Assembly: GCA_026986575.1 (NCBI GenBank)
Contig: JALSOH010000006.1
Location: 440,153-504,152, forward strand
DNA length: 64,000 nt
Source: Thermoproteota archaeon
GTDB taxonomy: Archaea; Korarchaeota; Korarchaeia; Korarchaeales; Korarchaeaceae
Direction: 5' to 3'
Both the position numbers and the translations under genes were made by a program. The notes below the pieces were generated by a model, which was not told the origin of the DNA, made no database searches, and saw only the letters and a list, made by a program, of their open reading frames with translations. Shown one piece after another: positions 58,560-64,000 of the stretch; positions within the stretch are counted from its first letter, which is position 1; each line of letters starts with the position of its first letter.

Positions 58560-58889
58560 ATGAGGATAGCGTTCGCTACAGAGGAGAACAGAGGTTTGAA
58601 TTCTGTGGTGAGTAGCAGGTTCGGAAGGGCCCGCTACTTCGTCATAGTGGATTACGAGGGAGGGGAGGTTAAGAGCTACAGGGTCGAGGTGAACCCCGGA
58701 TCCGAAGCGCGGAGCGGTGCAGGGATAAAGGCCGTGCAGAAGCTGATAAACGAGAGAGTGAATGTAGCAGTGGCTGGCTCCTTCGGACCGAATGCCATGA
58801 CCGCACTGGAGGAAATGGGGATAAGGCACGTGGGGATGAGCGGTATAACTGTTGAGGAGGCCCTTAACAGGTTGAAGAATCAGCTCTGA
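58560..58889 (+). CDS. NifB/NifX-family protein
   Basis: RIAF, RFGRARYF, NP...GAGI, FGPNA; GGAGGTGA RBS before ATG 58560. Confidence 0.92.
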   Translation: MRIAFATEENRGLNSVVSSRFGRARYFVIVDYEGGEVKSYRVEVNPGSEARSGAGIKAVQKLINERVNVAVAGSFGPNAMTALEEMGIRHVGMSGITVEEALNRLKNQL

Positions 58890-58920
58890 AAGTTTTTCTC
58901 CTCTCCCCTCCCCTCAACTT

Positions 58921-59691
58921 ATGCTGCTGGAGGACAAGGTGGCCCTCGTAACTGGCGGCACATCTGGAATAGGTCTCTCTACCGCTGAACTCTTTCTCAA
59001 GGAAGGTGCAAGAGTGGCGATCATGGGGAGGAGCGAGGAGAGAGGGAAAAGGGCTCTAGAGAAGCTCGAGAAGTTAGGGGAGGTCTTCTTCCACAAAGGA
59101 GATGTTTCTAGGGACGAGGATGCCGAGAGGGTCGTGAAGGAGGTCGTGTCCAATTATGGCAGGATAGACATACTGGTCAACGCAGCAGGAGTGTTCACAG
59201 GAGCCCCGTTGACTGAGATGAGCGTGGAGGACTGGGATAGAACTATAGCGGTGAACCTGAGGGGGACATTCCTCATGACAAAGTTCTCACTACCTTACAT
59301 GGGCGAGGCCATAGTGAACGTCAGCTCTACCGCCGGGGTCAGTCCCTATCCTAATGGGACCGCCTACTGCTCAGCTAAAGCCGCGGTGATAGCCTTCTCC
59401 AAGGCCCTAGCCCTCGAGCTCGCTGGCAGAGGGATAAGGGTTAACGTGGTTGCTCCTGGTCTAACAGACACGCCAATGCTCAGGGGGATCGCTGGAAGCG
59501 CGGAGAGGATGAGGGAATTCGCCTCCCTAGTCCCGATGGGGAGGATAGCTGCACCGGAGGAGGTGGCCGAGGCGATCCTCTTCCTAGCCTCCCCAAAGGC
59601 CAAGTACGTTACTGGGCAGGTACTGGTAGTGGACGGTGGCATGACCACAGGTAGGGTCACAACGGCAGGCTCTAGGAGCGCTGAGCGTTGA
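58921..59691 (+). CDS. Short-chain dehydrogenase/reductase
   Basis: TGGTSGIG, NAAG, YCSAK, VTGQ...VDGG. Confidence 0.95.
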   Translation: MLLEDKVALVTGGTSGIGLSTAELFLKEGARVAIMGRSEERGKRALEKLEKLGEVFFHKGDVSRDEDAERVVKEVVSNYGRIDILVNAAGVFTGAPLTEMSVEDWDRTIAVNLRGTFLMTKFSLPYMGEAIVNVSSTAGVSPYPNGTAYCSAKAAVIAFSKALALELAGRGIRVNVVAPGLTDTPMLRGIAGSAERMREFASLVPMGRIAAPEEVAEAILFLASPKAKYVTGQVLVVDGGMTTGRVTTAGSRSAER

Positions 59692-60853
59692 CCCTAGTGC
59701 CAGTTTTAGCGTTTATCCTGCCCTCCATCAGCCCCAACAGGGAAGCTACAGCCCTGTATGTGAGGAGTGCGGCGGCCAGTCCAATAACGCCCATTGAGGA
59801 GCCGAGAATGAGTATCAAGGTTACGAACACTGCGAGAGAGAATGAATTCACCAGCAAAATGGCCTTCGGGTTCTCCTCGCTGTACTTGCCAGCGGACCAT
59901 ATGACGAACATGGCGTCGAAGACTATGGCCAGAGCCGCTATCTGGGCGGCCTCGGAGCTCACCGGGTAGAACTTCGGGAACAGTTTCTCGATCACGATGG
60001 GTATGGCGAAGAAGCCAGCAATGGCTGTGACGGCTGAGAGGCCCAGCCCCATCAGCTCCGCCAGTCTCGTCCTCTTTCCGGATGCCTTCTCCGGCAGGAG
60101 GTAGTTACCCAAGCTCGAGGGAATCACCATCATGGCTGTGTAGAACTGGAAGGCTAACTGGTAGTATCCTAGCGTTGCATCCCCGTAAAGAGCGCCTATC
60201 AGTACCTTGTCCAGCCTGACTCCCATGGTGGCAACCGCCCCAGTGAGCAGCGACAGGAAGGCGAAGCCCATGTGATTCCTAATGGCCTGAAAGCCTCTCC
60301 TTAAATCCCTGACCTCCAAGTAGAGCCAGATGGACAGGGCCAAGTACACGGCGGAGAACCCGTAAAGTACAGCGTCGACACCCCAAACAGGGACCAGAGC
60401 GAGCATGAGGGCTAGAATTGATAGGCGGCTCACTCCCTGAAGGACAGCGAACCCCCTGTACTTCCTCCTCCCTAACCTCTCCTTGAGGGCTAGCGCAAAG
60501 AGTGAATTGGACAGGATTATCAGGGGAAGGGAGGGATGTAGGAGGGCTAGTGGGAGACTTACGGCTAAAGAGGTTGCAGTAACGAGGACCACGGCTGGTG
60601 GTACCAATCCGTCCTCTCCCTTGGGCAGATAAGTCTGGACGGTCGTAGGCAGTCCCAAGCCGGTGAAGCTGGCTACTAGGGCTCCCAAGGAGAGGAAGAA
60701 GTTCGCCCTGCCGTAATCGTTGACAGGGAGCAGCTTGGCCAGCACGAGCCAGATGAGGGCTCCTAGAACGACGGCTGCCATGTTGCCAGCGGTCACCAGC
60801 ACCAGACCCTCCTGACTCAGCGCGTTTCTGATGAGATCTTTGGGGGAGAGCAT
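59672..60853 (-). CDS. Oligosaccharide flippase / polysaccharide biosynthesis protein (MOP family)
   Basis: About 12 TM; LAKLL....YG, LDKVLIG..YG...LGYYQLA. Start trimmed to ATG 60853 to avoid overlapping the DHH gene. Confidence 0.85.
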   Translation of the reverse strand: MLSPKDLIRNALSQEGLVLVTAGNMAAVVLGALIWLVLAKLLPVNDYGRANFFLSLGALVASFTGLGLPTTVQTYLPKGEDGLVPPAVVLVTATSLAVSLPLALLHPSLPLIILSNSLFALALKERLGRRKYRGFAVLQGVSRLSILALMLALVPVWGVDAVLYGFSAVYLALSIWLYLEVRDLRRGFQAIRNHMGFAFLSLLTGAVATMGVRLDKVLIGALYGDATLGYYQLAFQFYTAMMVIPSSLGNYLLPEKASGKRTRLAELMGLGLSAVTAIAGFFAIPIVIEKLFPKFYPVSSEAAQIAALAIVFDAMFVIWSAGKYSEENPKAILLVNSFSLAVFVTLILILGSSMGVIGLAAALLTYRAVASLLGLMEGRINAKTGTRVNAQRS

Positions 60854-60928
60854 CAACTCGAGCACCGCCCTGCCGGACCGAAAATCAATGGTGGTAGAAT
60901 TAATAAACGCGAGGATGCATACGAGTGC

Positions 60929-61915
60929 GTGCCCATCAAAATAAGGGATCTCATGAGACGGCTGATCCCAATAGCAAGGGGGAGGAAGAGGGAGTTGATA
61001 ATAGCTCACGGGGATGTGGACGGGGTTATAAGCGCCGTCATAGCTGCTAGGTCCTTGGGACTCGAGGATGCCGAAGTGTACTTCTCGGGACCTAGGTCCA
61101 TAGACAGGGCTCTCTCCAAGGTGCCCGATGGTGGGGAGAAGCTCGTGATAGTTGATGTGGCCATGAACCCCGACAAGGTCGACGCCGTGGAAAGAGAGTT
61201 GAGGAGGCTCAGAGACTCCGGCTGGAACGTACTCTGGATAGACCATCACATCTGGCCAGATGGCGTGGTGGACAGGATGTCGAGGTACGCCGACGTTAGG
61301 GTCAGACCAGCGCCTAGCTCGGCCCGGGTTGTTCTCGAAGAGTTAGGAGGTGACGATTACGAGAGGGAATTGGCGAGGATAGCAGACGATGCGGATACCG
61401 CTACTTACAGGGACGAGAGGGCGAAAATGTATAATTCGCTGACTAGGGATAGGGAGAAGCGAGCTTACCTGATCGAGGCTCTCATGGAAGGAAGGATGGA
61501 AGACGAGAAGGTGATCAGGTGGGCCAGGGAGAAGCTGAGAGATCAGGAGAAGAAGGTGGAAGAGGGGCTGAGGAGGGTAAGAGTTCTAGAGACGGTCGGT
61601 GGGAGGAAGTTTGCCCTGATCGACCTGAGACCGAGGGGTGGACCGGGATCCCTGATATCCAAGAGGCTCTCTGACGGAGTGGACTTCTCCCTGGTTCTGT
61701 ACTCATGTAGCAAGTTCTCTCTTTACGCGGGAAAGGACAGGAGTATCGATCTTAGGCCTATCTGTGAGGAACATGGAGGAGGCGGACATCCCTATGCATG
61801 CGGGGGCAGGATAGAGATGAATCTGCTTAACAGAATACTGTGCCTCCTGCTGGGTCACAGGTACTTCCCGAGGGAGTTGAGGGGTCTCGTGGAGGAAGTG
61901 AGGGCGAGACTGTGA
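60929..61915 (+). CDS. DHH-family phosphoesterase with DHHA1 domain
   Basis: HGDVDG, IVD, WIDHH, GGGGHPYACG. Confidence 0.93.
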   Translation: MPIKIRDLMRRLIPIARGRKRELIIAHGDVDGVISAVIAARSLGLEDAEVYFSGPRSIDRALSKVPDGGEKLVIVDVAMNPDKVDAVERELRRLRDSGWNVLWIDHHIWPDGVVDRMSRYADVRVRPAPSSARVVLEELGGDDYERELARIADDADTATYRDERAKMYNSLTRDREKRAYLIEALMEGRMEDEKVIRWAREKLRDQEKKVEEGLRRVRVLETVGGRKFALIDLRPRGGPGSLISKRLSDGVDFSLVLYSCSKFSLYAGKDRSIDLRPICEEHGGGGHPYACGGRIEMNLLNRILCLLLGHRYFPRELRGLVEEVRARL

Positions 61916-61946
61916 TCGTTATAGCTATTCCTTGCTGGTATGACCG

Positions 61947-62840
61947 ATGCCCATGAGGCCCGAAGGAGTTATCCCTCCCCATGTGACTCCATTTACCGAG
62001 GACGGGTCCTTAGATCTGAAGTCCCTCGATAGGCTAATTGATTTCTGGCTGGATTCGGGCGTTCACGCCCTCGCTACGTGCGCCAGTAACGGTGAGGGGC
62101 CCCTCCTCTCCAAGGAGGAGAGAATCCAAGTGATAAGAGGGGTCGTGGACTCCGTCGGTGGACAGGTTCCGGTCATAGCGGGAGTCTCATCGCCTTCAAC
62201 GTCGGGCATCCTCTCCCAGGTCAGGGACTCGGTGAAAGCCGGTGCTGATGCTGTCCTAATAACTCCTCCCTACTACTTCAAGCCCAACGAGAGGGAGCTC
62301 GAGGAGCATTACTCTACGGTGGCTAGGGAGTCTGGGCTACCTATAATCCTATACAATGTCCCCAAGTTCGTCGGGTATAATCTGCCCCTGAGCCTGATCA
62401 GGGAGCTGGTCCACGAATTCGACAATATAGTTGGCATAAAGGAGTCCAGTGGTCTACTCTGGAGGATCTCCGAGCTCATTCGAGAGGTGGGAGACCGCAT
62501 ATCCATACTCGCTGGTACTGGGGACATGCTGCTCCCCACTCTGATGCTGGGAGGGGATGGAGGGATCGTTGGAGTGGCCATATTCGCCCCCGAGCTTGCG
62601 GTAGATCTCTACAACTCCTTCAAAAAGGGAGATCTGAGGAAGGCCTCCAAGATCCAGCTCACACTAACTATGCTCAACGAGGTGATAGTTAAGGGCCTAA
62701 ACCAGCTGAGCGCGTCCAAAGAGGCCCTGAAGATGAGGGGGCTCCCTGCCGGGTACCCAAGGAGGCCATCCCTTCCCCTGACGGTTGAGGAGACCAAGAA
62801 GGTCAGGGAAGCCCTCACAGAGGCTGGTCTCATCCGATGA
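61947..62840 (+). CDS. Dihydrodipicolinate synthase-family aldolase
   Basis: VTPF, SNGE, PPYY, LYNVP, GIKESSG. Confidence 0.93.
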   Translation: MPMRPEGVIPPHVTPFTEDGSLDLKSLDRLIDFWLDSGVHALATCASNGEGPLLSKEERIQVIRGVVDSVGGQVPVIAGVSSPSTSGILSQVRDSVKAGADAVLITPPYYFKPNERELEEHYSTVARESGLPIILYNVPKFVGYNLPLSLIRELVHEFDNIVGIKESSGLLWRISELIREVGDRISILAGTGDMLLPTLMLGGDGGIVGVAIFAPELAVDLYNSFKKGDLRKASKIQLTLTMLNEVIVKGLNQLSASKEALKMRGLPAGYPRRPSLPLTVEETKKVREALTEAGLIR

Positions 62841-62899
62841 TCCTCCACTCATCTTTCTCTTCTATCTAACTCCTCTGAACCGACGAAAAGGAAGGAAGT

Positions 62900-64000
62900 T
62901 CAGGAATGGAAAGGCGGTCTTCTCCTCGTGAAGATCAATAACAGCGTGACCACGACTCCTATGACGGTAAATATCAGCCATTCCCATCCGATCACTCGCG
63001 CCCCATCTTGGGTGACGGTGAGAGTCACCCTCTCGGTCTCTGTGACCGTCTCGATCTCGGTCTCGGTTATGGTTATCACATCCCTCTCGGTCTCCAAGAC
63101 GGGTAGAGGTATGCTGACAGTCTCATTTCCCATCGAGATGCTTATCAATCCAGTGCCCGCTTTTGAGGGTATGATCTCATAACTCACTTTGGCGGGCAAC
63201 TCTACCTCCTCGTGACCCGTCGAGTTAGTCAGCTGGAGCCCCTCGGATACCTCCACAGACAGAGGTACCCTACCCTCACCCTCGAGATCCACGATCACCC
63301 TGACCGGGCTTCCTACTCTAGCCAAGGTAGGAGTGAGCACGACCTTGGCTGAGATCTTGGATCCCGTCGGGAGTCCGACCTCGCCCACCGTTTCGGGCGG
63401 CGAAACCTCGGGCAGGCTCCCTCCGACCACTAGGGGTGAGGTACCCACAACATCGAGGATCCAAGTCTCACCCCAGAGGGTCCCGTGGGCGGATCTGAGA
63501 ACCTTCACCTTGAATCTGATGACTCTACTACTGGGACTAATGTTCCACACGAGTTCCCTGTCCCTCTCGATCGGTTCAACACTCCTGCCATCCACCACGG
63601 AGCTGCCCTCAATGTACTCCAGTCCGTATGGAAGCCTGTAGGTGAGCTGACCACCGATAGAGAGTCTGCCTTCAATCAGCACGTAGACCTCCACCTCCTC
63701 ACCTACATCAGCGCTGGGCGGGGAGAAGTAGGTGTAGAGCTTGAAAGGAACGGCTCCATACCTTCTAGCTATCTCGGACGGTGGTGGGCTCGGAGGAGCC
63801 CTGCCTACAGGTTGCACAGGTACCTTAACCCCGAGGGAGAAGTTGCTGGACGTAGCGCAGTTCTGCCTTCCCTCAGCTATATCGCAAGAGGTCACGCACC
63901 AGTAGTAGGCCCCCTCATCGAGATCGAAGGTCCAGTTCATGGAGACATCCTGCCCACTAAGATCCTTACTCTCTTGGTAGACGATGGAGTTGCCTTTGTA
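62900..64000 (-). CDS. Surface protein, C-terminal part (DUF11-like domain, T/E-rich stalk, TM anchor); 5' end outside the window
   Basis: Frame is open to the window edge; LP.GLEY..GS, ITITETEIETVTETE, WLIFTVIGVVVTLLLIFTRRR. Confidence 0.85.
   Translation of the reverse strand, partial: YKGNSIVYQESKDLSGQDVSMNWTFDLDEGAYYWCVTSCDIAEGRQNCATSSNFSLGVKVPVQPVGRAPPSPPPSEIARRYGAVPFKLYTYFSPPSADVGEEVEVYVLIEGRLSIGGQLTYRLPYGLEYIEGSSVVDGRSVEPIERDRELVWNISPSSRVIRFKVKVLRSAHGTLWGETWILDVVGTSPLVVGGSLPEVSPPETVGEVGLPTGSKISAKVVLTPTLARVGSPVRVIVDLEGEGRVPLSVEVSEGLQLTNSTGHEEVELPAKVSYEIIPSKAGTGLISISMGNETVSIPLPVLETERDVITITETEIETVTETERVTLTVTQDGARVIGWEWLIFTVIGVVVTLLLIFTRRRPPFHS

Noticed and set aside
60854-61249. N-terminal extension of the 525-aa flippase ORF
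   Set aside because: It overlaps the DHH gene on the other strand; the flippase-like sequence starts near 60853.

Overview
Archaeal chromosomal window. Gene content and codon style suggest a (hyper)thermophilic anaerobe, Korarchaeota-like (inference only). It opens inside a CRISPR array of 20 identical 37-bp repeats and 19 long spacers (36-61 bp), with the leader on the right and no cas genes in view. Most of the rest is housekeeping or metabolic: trpS, nnr, thrC-like, taw3, PAC2, Hsp20, DNA ligase, CoA-disulfide reductase, htpX, xth, a Liv-type ABC operon with a creatininase-family gene, acnA, tsaA/trmO and a DHDPS-family aldolase. Accessory content includes a ~7.8-kb surface-protein gene broken by three frameshifts, a HEPN-MNT pair with a frameshifted HEPN, and an orphan two-module DNA methyltransferase. 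The strongest leads are: (1) an AT-rich toxin-antitoxin island (30.2-32.4 kb) whose modules are bounded by 32-bp direct repeats, containing seven related palindromes and a possible tyrosine-recombinase remnant; (2) a second, remodelled TrpRS paralogue coupled to taw3; (3) a 12-TM His-rich protein with heme-copper-oxidase-like geometry that shares an operator with a DUF438/hemerythrin gene; (4) a candidate structured ncRNA at 9677-9749; (5) a Panacea-like domain inside an Fe-S/NifX/ATPase operon; (6) a Trp/Gly-rich DUF5320-like protein paired with NifX. All family assignments come from motif recognition by eye, without database searches.
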